Sequence record: PP355766.1
Length of the DNA: 64,000 nt
Reading direction: 5' to 3' (one strand)
The position numbers and the translations under genes were made by a program. Position 1 is the first letter of the stretch. The number at the start of each line of letters is the position of its first letter. Positions 37,604 to 45,339 of this stretch are shown here, piece by piece. The notes under the pieces were generated by a model. The model was not told where the DNA came from. It did no database searches and worked only from the letters and a program-made list of their open reading frames with translations.

Positions 37604-37713
37604 TGAGCGGCCTAATGTTTTTGGGCGTGATAGTTATTAGCGCAATCCTTACCCTGCTAATAGTTTCAGTTGTAAACCACTTTTGGCCTGAGTGTTTCCA
37701 CGGCGATATGTAA
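37603..37713 (+). CDS. Membrane microprotein (36 aa)
   Basis: TAATG coupling; single hydrophobic helix. Confidence 0.65.
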   Translation: MSGLMFLGVIVISAILTLLIVSVVNHFWPECFHGDM

Positions 37714-37835
37714 GAGTGTCGCCGCCCTCCTCCACCGCGTGACCCCTTACTAAAATACCTACCCCAAAATTAAATCGCTCACAGCGCGTTCTAGAGCGCT
37801 TAAAATCGATATCAGCAGATAGTGTTGTCGGGAAA

Positions 37836-37945
37836 TACTGTATAAATATACAGTAGGATAACCTGTTGATAAGTCTGTTGATAACTCGCTACCGATCGAT
37901 TGAGGCGTCAAGCTAATTTACAATTTTGTATAACTCTGGGGATAA
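37836..37945. promoter_or_regulatory. LexA box plus DnaA-like boxes, right (inverted) copy
   Basis: TACTGTATAAATATACAGTA at 37836-37855; TGTTGATAA at 37864 and 37876; TGGGGATAA at 37937. Confidence 0.8.
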
Positions 37946-37977
37946 CTTAAATGATAGTGTTTCTCACTTCCTTTTCG

Positions 37978-38074
37978 AAATGCGAATCGTTCGCATTCGC
38001 ATTCAGCTCGGTAAACGCAAATCATTCTCATTCGCATTCAACTTCTCAAATGCGAATCATTCTCATTCGTATTT
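37978..38074. repeat. Three 27-bp direct repeats with exact 35-bp period (injection-stop-signal region)
   Basis: AAATGCGAATCGTTCGCATTCGCATTC-like copies at 37978, 38013 and 38048. Confidence 0.85.
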
Positions 38075-38105
38075 GCATTTCCGACCCCCGGCCCTTCCTG
38101 CGCTT

Positions 38106-38665
38106 ATGTGCGAATCCGACAATTTGTCAAGCAAAATATTACGTGAGGCTGCTAGGGTATGTGCAAATCCGATGAAAATTTATTTTTACCGCCCTGGGGG
38201 CATGTGCAAATCCGATACTAATATGTGCGTATCCGATAATAATTTTTAGGGGGAAGGCGCGCAGGTTGCTGCGGCGCAGCGGTGGGCGCGAGTCTGGGTG
38301 AGTATGTGCAAATCCGACGGGTATTTTTGAGGGCGGGATAAACGGGGTTAATTGGGGCAATTCGGGAATGATGGGGGCAAGGGGGCAGATAAGGGAAAAT
38401 ATTATGAGTTAAATGGGGGTAAAGGGGTTGACACAGAAAAAATTCCTGTGGCTCTAAAAAACAAGCGAACTCACGGTGACACACCGTGTAAAAAGGCTTG
38501 AAATTTCAGGAGATATTTTATATTCGCAGAATCGAAGATTTTGATCCACAGCTACCGTTTGCTAGTATATATGTGCATATCCGACAAGCGTTTGAGTATG
38601 TGCAAATCCGATGATGATTTTTATATGTGCATATCCGACATAGCTAGAGGTTAGTGCAAATCCGA
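38106..38665. repeat. Nine copies of ATGTGC(A/G)(A/T)ATCCGA
   Basis: Starts at 38106, 38159, 38202, 38223, 38304, 38571, 38598, 38625 and 38653 (last copy partial). Confidence 0.9.
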
Positions 38666-38674
38666 TGATATTTT

Positions 38675-38816
38675 GTGACGCTTAGGACTTAGGCGAATGA
38701 TGTGAGTTTGTGTGAAACTTCGTGAGGACTTTGTGGAGTGACGCTTAGGACTTGGGAGAATAGCGAGGTAGCTAGAATTTGGTGTGAGGACTTCGTGAGA
38801 TGTGTGGAACTTCGTG
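38675..38816. repeat. G/T-rich short repeats
   Basis: GTGACGCTTAGGACTT x2 (38675, 38738); ACTTCGTG x3 (38717, 38790, 38809). Confidence 0.8.
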
Positions 38817-39065
38817 GAATTGTGTGAGTTTCTGGGCAGCTAGCGGGTAGTTTTTGGGTTGGAAAATAACCGCCCTCCCCTTAGGTGTGTAGAAAGAACC
38901 GCCCTGTATAGAAAGATGACTAGAGTTCAACCCTAGAGCCGCGAAACGATGGTGTGTAAGGATTGCCTACTTTTAAACGTGAGTAATCGTGAGTTCATTC
39001 CCACGTTTCCTTTGTTTTCTTTATTGTGTCTTTTATTTTAGTTATAGATCCCCCTATTTCTCCCG

Positions 39066-39177
39066 ATGTAGCCGTGCTAGGCATCGCAGATTGTATCGTA
39101 TGGCTGGTCACTCTTTGTACTCGCTTCGGAACTCCGCGCTACTAAAGTTAGCCATGATAATCTGTGCCTAGCTACAT
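39066..39177 (-). ncRNA. Candidate rod-like hairpin RNA (or DNA cruciform)
   Basis: Nested helices ATGTAGC/GCTACAT, TAGGCA/TGCCTA, CAGATT/AATCTG, ATGGCT/AGCCAT, CTTT/AAAG; promoter upstream; no long ORF. Confidence 0.6.
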
Positions 39178-39209
39178 AAATTTATGAATTGTATGTAATC
39201 TATGAGATT

Positions 39210-39239
39210 ATTATAACACGTGCACAAAATAACTGTCAA
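39210..39239 (-). promoter_or_regulatory. Promoter firing toward the injection-stop zone
   Basis: TTGACA-N18-TATAAT, downstream of the terminator at 39268-39292. Confidence 0.7.
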
Positions 39240-39267
39240 GAACATTTTGTAAGAGTTTGAAAAAGTG

Positions 39268-39292
39268 ACAGGGACTTGGCGAGAGTCCCTGT
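39268..39292 (-). terminator. Terminator ending the early operon
   Basis: ACAGGGACT/AGTCCCTGT stem plus nearby T-tract. Confidence 0.75.
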
Positions 39293-39299
39293 GATTAGC

Positions 39300-40037
39300 T
39301 TAGAGTTGATCTTTCCTTATGAATCTACCTTGGCTTAACATTGCGATGTACAATGCTTCCGGGGAAGTCTCTAGGTGGTCTAACTCTTTAATGTCGAACG
39401 AACCTTTTGGTAACTCGCCAGGCTCGTCATGATCATATAAATACTCGACAGCATCTCCTAGCATGAGAGCATTCCCGATCTTCTTGATCTTCGAGTATCT
39501 CTCTTTTACTAATGCTATTAACGCTAAATCCTCTTTGGTTAAGTTTAACTGTCTAGAGAGTTTAACTGTCGTCTTCGTTATCTGTACAGCAATATCCAGA
39601 ACTGAGGCTTGGTAATCTTTCCAGTCCTCAACCTTTTGAGCGTCACGTTGAAGATGTGGAAAATCGATATAGTCCTGGCATTTTCCATCAGGAATATGGT
39701 AACTGGGGAAGTCTTCTACTGCCTGTTGCCACGTAACTGTCTTCACCTTATCATGCGGATATGGCTCATCCATTATAACGTGGAAGGAGTTGGCCATGAA
39801 TTTCTTCTCAGTAACCGGATACATCTTGTGAACTTTATTCAAGTCCACGTAACCAGGAGCTAACGTTGTTTTCTTAGCATCCTTAGAATAAACAGGCTTG
39901 CCATTCTTCATCTCCGCTGGTCTTAGCTCCCCCGCTATTAGTACCGCGGATTTTTCCTCAAACGTTAGCTCTGAGAAGTTTTTACCTTTGGACTCCTTGG
40001 CTAGGGTGAATATAGTCTTCAGCTTCTCTAGATTCAT
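39300..40037 (-). CDS. Early hypothetical protein
   Basis: 245 aa; coupled operon. Confidence 0.8.
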   Translation of the reverse strand: MNLEKLKTIFTLAKESKGKNFSELTFEEKSAVLIAGELRPAEMKNGKPVYSKDAKKTTLAPGYVDLNKVHKMYPVTEKKFMANSFHVIMDEPYPHDKVKTVTWQQAVEDFPSYHIPDGKCQDYIDFPHLQRDAQKVEDWKDYQASVLDIAVQITKTTVKLSRQLNLTKEDLALIALVKERYSKIKKIGNALMLGDAVEYLYDHDEPGELPKGSFDIKELDHLETSPEALYIAMLSQGRFIRKDQL

Positions 40038-40468
40038 AGGTCACGCCCTGCTGTCTTAGGCAGTTCTCCGTAAAGGATTTCAATTGCCTCTTCACGCGTT
40101 AGCTGGCCATCTATACTATCTAACAAACGAGCAGCCTCCTCTTGGAAGTCTTGTACCAGGGATGCCTTAAACATACGCTTATTGGTGCCTGTAACTTTAG
40201 TCAGGCGTCTAACCGTACCAACTAACGCGTATAGCAGGTAGTTCTCCTCTATAGACTCTCCTTCTGCAGCCCAATCTGCTGCAGTTAATCTCCCTGTACG
40301 GGTAACATCAATGACCTCCCGGGAATGTGTTGCTCCATTAGTAGTGATTAGATGTACCTCTACATACATATCCCCGTTCTGCTCATTATAATAACTGAAG
40401 ACACAAACACGTGTTGCAGAGGTTAACATTTCGTTTAAGTGCATTACTTTTTTGAGTTCATCAAACAT
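40034..40468 (-). CDS. Early hypothetical protein
   Basis: 144 aa; A12 tract between SD and ATG. Confidence 0.75.
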   Translation of the reverse strand: MFDELKKVMHLNEMLTSATRVCVFSYYNEQNGDMYVEVHLITTNGATHSREVIDVTRTGRLTAADWAAEGESIEENYLLYALVGTVRRLTKVTGTNKRMFKASLVQDFQEEAARLLDSIDGQLTREEAIEILYGELPKTAGRDL

Positions 40469-40520
40469 TTTTTTTTTTTACCTTATCGTTACCACTTTCA
40501 AAGGACAGTGGCCATCCTAT

Positions 40521-40841
40521 TTAACTTTCTTCATTCCACCTAGGATGTGAGAACGGCTCTCTACCTGTCAAGCGTTCAATCATCCTACGGTGCTCCCGCT
40601 CTCTGTGTTCCTTAAACACCTGAAGAGCGGCGAAACTGTCCACTGGCGTGTACGGCACGCCGTTAACTTTGAGGATATCCTCGCCTCTGATTTTGAATAG
40701 CGGGTTGTCCTGCTGGGCCTTAGCATGGCATTCGCTCAAGTACTCTGCGAAAGGTTTGCCATCTTCCCGAGTACACAGGGTACGAAGAAGATAGCTACAA
40801 TTCTCCCCAACCGGAGTCCATACTTCATATTTCTCGTTCAT
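40521..40841 (-). CDS. Early hypothetical protein
   Basis: 106 aa; GAGG RBS. Confidence 0.75.
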   Translation of the reverse strand: MNEKYEVWTPVGENCSYLLRTLCTREDGKPFAEYLSECHAKAQQDNPLFKIRGEDILKVNGVPYTPVDSFAALQVFKEHREREHRRMIERLTGREPFSHPRWNEES

Positions 40842-40853
40842 TGTGTTATCCTC

Positions 40854-41363
40854 TTACATAAAGAAATCTTCATCGGATTCAGCTATTTCTTTATAAAAGC
40901 CGTGATATGCGGCAACTGCCTCGCTAGGTGCTGCCATGTCGAATAAGCGTGCTCTTTGTTTTAATTCTGCTTTATTTTGGCACTGCCTAATCATTTCTTC
41001 TACTTCTTGCTGCAGCCGTTCGTCTACACGAACCACCAGCTCACCGTCGTGAATCGCCCCGACTTTATAGGTTAGCATCGTGAGATAGCCAGGGTGCTGT
41101 CGAGACTTCTTGAGAACCACGTTAGTATACGCTGTTAACTCATGGACGAATACTGCACCTGGGAATGCGTAAGGAGTTAGCTTCTTACGAGCTTTTACTG
41201 CCTTAATATCTATTAAATGAAAGAAGTCTTTCGGAGTCTTGGATATGTCGTCCGGTACTTCTACTTGGAACTGATTCCAGAGGATACGTACTTTGTTCTC
41301 CGACATGCCATAGACAATGTACGTTTCGTTAGCTTCTTCAAAATCAACTGTACAGAATAACAT
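40854..41363 (-). CDS. Early hypothetical protein
   Basis: 169 aa. Confidence 0.75.
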   Translation of the reverse strand: MLFCTVDFEEANETYIVYGMSENKVRILWNQFQVEVPDDISKTPKDFFHLIDIKAVKARKKLTPYAFPGAVFVHELTAYTNVVLKKSRQHPGYLTMLTYKVGAIHDGELVVRVDERLQQEVEEMIRQCQNKAELKQRARLFDMAAPSEAVAAYHGFYKEIAESDEDFFM

Positions 41364-41375
41364 ATCCTAGCCCTC

Positions 41376-41777
41376 TTACTTGTTGTAGAACTCTGTAGCG
41401 CTATCCCATTTTATGAGACTCTCGACATTGGCTTGATCCCAGATATTTCTGGAGTTAGTCAGTGCAGAGACATGCGGCTGAATAAGTTCGAACTTCTCAA
41501 CCGTGGCCCCACTAGTTAGCAGTAACGAGGTTAATGCTTCGAACTTAACGGTATCGCTACCAGATAGCTCGCTTACCGCTTTAACCTTGTCAATTATAGA
41601 GATCATCTTAGCTTCTTCACCTACGAACGTAAAGCGCAGATTGCGGAAGCGGAAGGAGATTCCAGCTTGCAATCCATGCAACCCTGTTGTGGTTGCATTT
41701 GGCATAAACTTGATCTCGGAGACTGATTGGTCAGTCAGATAGTTGGTGCTCGGATTATTCAGGGAATCGTATTTCAT
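41376..41777 (-). CDS. Early hypothetical protein
   Basis: 133 aa; GGAGG RBS. Confidence 0.75.
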   Translation of the reverse strand: MKYDSLNNPSTNYLTDQSVSEIKFMPNATTTGLHGLQAGISFRFRNLRFTFVGEEAKMISIIDKVKAVSELSGSDTVKFEALTSLLLTSGATVEKFELIQPHVSALTNSRNIWDQANVESLIKWDSATEFYNK

Positions 41778-42231
41778 CTTTAACCTCCAAAGGCTTTATC
41801 AATTTACTGGAGTTATTATACCAAATAATGGAGTCTCCGTCAATTGAAAATTTGTGGTAGTATGCTGGCACGGTGTAACTTCCATAATCCGTAACTCTAG
41901 TAACCATGCGGTGTCTGCATTTTTGGCAACCGTTACCCTCAAGGTGACTTCTAGCAGTTTGCATGAAGTAATCCTGGTGGTCTGGGCACCATATTTCCAC
42001 CAGCTGATTTAGGCTGTGAAACACTAGCTTCTCATATCCGAAGAATACTCCATGAGCGTCTAGAGCACGGTTAATAAAGATGAGGTTCTTAGCATCTTGC
42101 CTGAAATCTGGCCTTAGCTGCTTTATCTTATTATGGTTGATCGAACCGTCGCGTTTAAGGAACTGATTAATGGGGAAGGATTTAGCTTCCCATACTAGCT
42201 CTTGATTTATCTTCTGTCTTAATTCTTCCAT
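41755..42231 (-). CDS. Zn-binding protein with one DUF723/CapR-like repeat
   Basis: YEKL…VEIWCPDHQDYFMQTARSHLEGNGCQKC motif; no nuclease domain seen. Confidence 0.65.
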   Translation of the reverse strand: MEELRQKINQELVWEAKSFPINQFLKRDGSINHNKIKQLRPDFRQDAKNLIFINRALDAHGVFFGYEKLVFHSLNQLVEIWCPDHQDYFMQTARSHLEGNGCQKCRHRMVTRVTDYGSYTVPAYYHKFSIDGDSIIWYNNSSKLIKPLEVKDEIRFPE

Positions 42232-42246
42232 AGTTGAAACCACGAA

Positions 42247-42271
42247 AGGCCAGAGCAATTAGCCCTGGCCT
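42247..42271 (-). terminator. Terminator (near-duplicate of 50192-50217)
   Basis: AGGCCAGAGC…GCCCTGGCCT. Confidence 0.6.
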
Positions 42272-42276
42272 CTTTG

Positions 42277-42564
42277 TTAGGTGAACAGATCCAGAAACTC
42301 CTCTGGATAATCGGAAGGATCTCCAAAGTCGATGTGATCTGCGTTAATCGGGTAGCCTTCCTTCGTCTTGATGCCCTGAAGAACATGGGCCAGCACGTCA
42401 AAGTCTACACTGCTGTTATTAGTGCAGCTTGCCCAGGCTTCCTGACGGTGGACGCATTTGCCATCCACCATAACCTCAACACCGTAGCCAGTATTCCAGC
42501 AACCGTATTCGCAATCCCCAGAATCTTCTTCCAGGAAGTTTACCACAACGCGTTTCTTAGCCAT
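42277..42564 (-). CDS. Early acidic hypothetical protein
   Basis: 95 aa. Confidence 0.75.
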   Translation of the reverse strand: MAKKRVVVNFLEEDSGDCEYGCWNTGYGVEVMVDGKCVHRQEAWASCTNNSSVDFDVLAHVLQGIKTKEGYPINADHIDFGDPSDYPEEFLDLFT

Positions 42565-42575
42565 TTGTCACCCTC

Positions 42576-42980
42576 TTAGTGAATAGTGCCGTCGATGCCT
42601 TCCACATGGATATCAATTGCCATTTTCAGCATCGACTCCGATTTATCGAACTCTTTCTTCGAAGCTAGGAGTGCTTCACCGCGAGCTTTTCCATACTCTG
42701 CAATAGCGTTCAGTGTATGTTTCAGGATATCGTCGGCGGATAAGCCCTGAGTTTGCCAGTGGACTTGAGCTGTGGCGATATTCACCATAAACTTACTCAG
42801 CTCAACACGTTCTTCGTCTAACGCCTGCATTACATGAGTTTTGCAGTTATAGAAGGAGTTCAGACAAATGTCTTCTTCGGTCAGACCGTCAACCAGAAGG
42901 AGCTTCTCAACTTGTGCCAGGCGATCAAGCCACGGATTTTGGAGCGTCAAATTTTTCACTTGCATGGTATAAGTTCCCAT
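42576..42980 (-). CDS. Early hypothetical protein
   Basis: 134 aa; start uncertain. Confidence 0.7.
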   Translation of the reverse strand: MGTYTMQVKNLTLQNPWLDRLAQVEKLLLVDGLTEEDICLNSFYNCKTHVMQALDEERVELSKFMVNIATAQVHWQTQGLSADDILKHTLNAIAEYGKARGEALLASKKEFDKSESMLKMAIDIHVEGIDGTIH

Positions 42981-43392
42981 CGTTAATTGGTGCGAATGAT
43001 TTTGCGTTGCGTTCAGGACGCTGTTTAGCGATCCAGCCCAGCATCATCTGTCGAGGTAGGACAACTGCTGTGTTCAGTAACACTTCGTAGATCCAGTAGC
43101 GTGCGTTCTGATACTTACCGAACTCATACGCTTTCTTGAACAAGCCCCAAACTACGCTAAGCTCTAGCGTCTCTGCATTTGCAGTCTGCCGGAATGGTAT
43201 CACTTTGGAGCCAATGAGTTCTTTCAGAGCGGAGTTGATATCCTGATGGCTGAACGTGGTCTCATGGAACTCGTTGAAGAAACGATAATCCAGAGCGTTA
43301 TTAGCGTTGACAAACATCTGGATGAACAGATCGCTGAACTCTTGGTGCTCACGATTAAAATATTGATTTAAAACTTCAGTTGATGCGGCCAT
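42925..43392 (-). CDS. Early hypothetical protein
   Basis: 155 aa. Confidence 0.75.
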   Translation of the reverse strand: MAASTEVLNQYFNREHQEFSDLFIQMFVNANNALDYRFFNEFHETTFSHQDINSALKELIGSKVIPFRQTANAETLELSVVWGLFKKAYEFGKYQNARYWIYEVLLNTAVVLPRQMMLGWIAKQRPERNAKSFAPINDGNLYHASEKFDAPKSVA

Positions 43393-43603
43393 CTTTCCAC
43401 CCGTTAATTGCTACGAGATACATCTCGTAAATGAATACAGTGACTGGATGAATTGCTTCCATGTAGAACGTCGCCGGGACGTTATGGAAGACTGAAACCA
43501 CCATGGAGAGGAATAATGCCCAGCCTAGGAAACGGCTGGGGAGTTCTCGCCATACCTGGAAGTTACAATCCAGGAAGTTATAGATTCGAAGCTGATTAAG
43601 CAT
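43376..43603 (-). CDS. Small membrane protein
   Basis: 75 aa; hydrophobic core. Confidence 0.65.
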   Translation of the reverse strand: MLNQLRIYNFLDCNFQVWRELPSRFLGWALFLSMVVSVFHNVPATFYMEAIHPVTVFIYEMYLVAINGWKDGRIN

Positions 43604-43937
43604 TGGTCAGTCTCCAGTAATAGTGACGAGTATTAAACTCGAAAGGTTCGTCAGTGATCTTAGTGTGCAGCGTAATGATATCCGGGGAGTAGGACTTTGC
43701 CAGATCCTTGCGAACCATCACAGTGTTAAACGGGGCGCCATCAGCACGTTGCACCACGATTGCCAAGCCTAGAGGAGGAAGCTCACTCAAAGGACGCCAT
43801 GAGTCCTTCTCAGCAAGCTCAATCTTGGCGATTAGGGCAATTGACTCAACGATATCTTCATCACAAAGCAAATCGTGGTCTACTACCTGACGCAGAGCAT
43901 CTACTAACACTTGGCGTTCTTTAGAGTTAAGATTCAT
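43596..43937 (-). CDS. Early hypothetical protein
   Basis: 113 aa. Confidence 0.75.
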   Translation of the reverse strand: MNLNSKERQVLVDALRQVVDHDLLCDEDIVESIALIAKIELAEKDSWRPLSELPPLGLAIVVQRADGAPFNTVMVRKDLAKSYSPDIITLHTKITDEPFEFNTRHYYWRLTNA

Positions 43938-44182
43938 TTTTCTTCCTTCTTAATGGTATTTTCAATATCGTCCAGCAATGCTGTGCAGTTATCGTAGTTA
44001 ACTTTGCCCCGGCCAAAGATTCTCAAAACACAGGCGTAGTACCCGGTTAACAGAAGTGCCAGAGGATACAGAGGAACCAGCATTGCTGCCTTGATAGTAC
44101 CTTTTAAACCGAAGCTGTGGTACTTCCCGGACAGGTAGCCAACAACTACCAAGTAGAGTGCTGCAATAATAGGTGAGATCAT
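43934..44182 (-). CDS. Small membrane protein
   Basis: 82 aa; two hydrophobic segments. Confidence 0.7.
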   Translation of the reverse strand: MISPIIAALYLVVVGYLSGKYHSFGLKGTIKAAMLVPLYPLALLLTGYYACVLRIFGRGKVNYDNCTALLDDIENTIKKEEK

Positions 44183-44460
44183 TTCTTAATCTCCGTGATC
44201 AACCGCATTTTGGTTGTCTTCGACATTGTGGAATCCTGACCGATAATCTCTTCAATCTTAGCCAGGCGAACTAAGAGTCGTTCAGCCGCAGCAGAGAATT
44301 CATCAGCGTCTCGTACTTGATCCATCAACTTTTCGTGGAGTCCGTTATTGGTTAGCCTCATCCTTCGGTTAGCTTCCCGCAGTATTGATACCCAAACCGC
44401 CAGACCCGTTCCAGTTACGAGGGCTGCTATTAACAGCCCGGAGAGAATTTCTAGTACCAT
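44179..44460 (-). CDS. Membrane-anchored coiled-coil protein
   Basis: 93 aa; N-terminal TM. Confidence 0.7.
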   Translation of the reverse strand: MVLEILSGLLIAALVTGTGLAVWVSILREANRRMRLTNNGLHEKLMDQVRDADEFSAAAERLLVRLAKIEEIIGQDSTMSKTTKMRLITEIKK

Positions 44461-44765
44461 TACTTTTTCTTCGCCTTTTCACGTTTCAGGTCACGTTCGA
44501 AGCTCTCAGCACGACGTTCAGCAACCTGCTGGTGTTCTTTGGCCCAGCGCGCTTCATTTTTAGCGAGGTTGTAGGCCGCAGCGTTTTTGTTAGTACCTTC
44601 GTACAGAGCACGAAGTGCCGGGAGAGACAGTTTGGCAATCTGGCCTTCGAACCCATCCATATCCAGCAGGATTACCAGTACCGCAACCATTTCGTCTTTG
44701 GTCAGGGTGTTAGCTTGTTCGTCAGCAGTTTTACCAGTGGTGTAAGAGATAGTGTTCTTAGCCAT
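44460..44765 (-). CDS. Early coiled-coil protein
   Basis: 101 aa; first gene after the promoter. Confidence 0.75.
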   Translation of the reverse strand: MAKNTISYTTGKTADEQANTLTKDEMVAVLVILLDMDGFEGQIAKLSLPALRALYEGTNKNAAAYNLAKNEARWAKEHQQVAERRAESFERDLKREKAKKK

Positions 44766-44800
44766 AATGATTTCCGTCCGTTTCGTTAATTTATGCGTAT

Positions 44801-44829
44801 ATTATACCGAAATTCTAACTACTTAGCAA
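44801..44829 (-). promoter_or_regulatory. T5-type strong early promoter
   Basis: AAAAATTCAC-TTGCTA-N17-TATAAT. Confidence 0.85.
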
Positions 44830-44847
44830 GTGAATTTTTAAACTTTT

Positions 44848-45276
44848 TTACCAATCGATCCGGTAAGCGTAAACTTCAGAATGAATGTGTTCTTCTACCA
44901 GTTTCTTAATTTCCGGCCAGTTCTTTTGAATCTCGTCTAGAACATAGTCGTTCGAAGCGTCTTCCCATTCGTCAGGAGTTCGCATGAAAGAGTTCGCATA
45001 CTCTAGCACACTCTCCAGAACATCGGTCAGGTAAACTATTTCCCCACGATTGCAGTAGGCGTGTTGATAATCCCGGCGATCTTCATTAAATGGAGAGTCG
45101 CTGAGATAGTCTCCCATATGAAGAAGCTCATCGGCGAACTCCTCAAATGCCTTGACACGAGCGGACAGCGGTATGTTTTCATCACGCATCAGCAGGTTAA
45201 AAGAGGCACGGGCGGTGTTAACTGCGTGGCGAAGGGATTCCATATTTGCATTCAGTTCGATCATTGCGTTTTTCAT
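44848..45276 (-). CDS. Early hypothetical protein
   Basis: 142 aa; GAGG RBS. Confidence 0.75.
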   Translation of the reverse strand: MKNAMIELNANMESLRHAVNTARASFNLLMRDENIPLSARVKAFEEFADELLHMGDYLSDSPFNEDRRDYQHAYCNRGEIVYLTDVLESVLEYANSFMRTPDEWEDASNDYVLDEIQKNWPEIKKLVEEHIHSEVYAYRIDW

Positions 45277-45304
45277 ATTTGCTTCCTCATCAATTTATAA
45301 AGCT

Positions 45305-45333
45305 ATTATACAGAAAAATTGGCTCGGAAGCAA
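45305..45333 (-). promoter_or_regulatory. T5-type strong early promoter
   Basis: TTGCTT-N17-TATAAT…ATAAATT. Confidence 0.85.
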
Positions 45334-45339
45334 CTGAAT

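Noticed and set aside
33875-37877. Site-specific invertible segment (shufflon)
   Set aside because: No recombinase in the window and the repeats consist of host-protein boxes; inversion remains testable but unsupported
37978-38074. CRISPR-like array
   Set aside because: Only three units with 8-bp spacers; no cas genes or leader
37926-38484. ORFs called within the repeat zone
   Set aside because: Translations simply reflect the repeats; no RBS; the region behaves as non-coding
28000-39000. Restriction-site avoidance in first-step DNA
   Set aside because: Known for T5, but I could not count sites reliably by eye; needs a k-mer comparison of FST versus the rest
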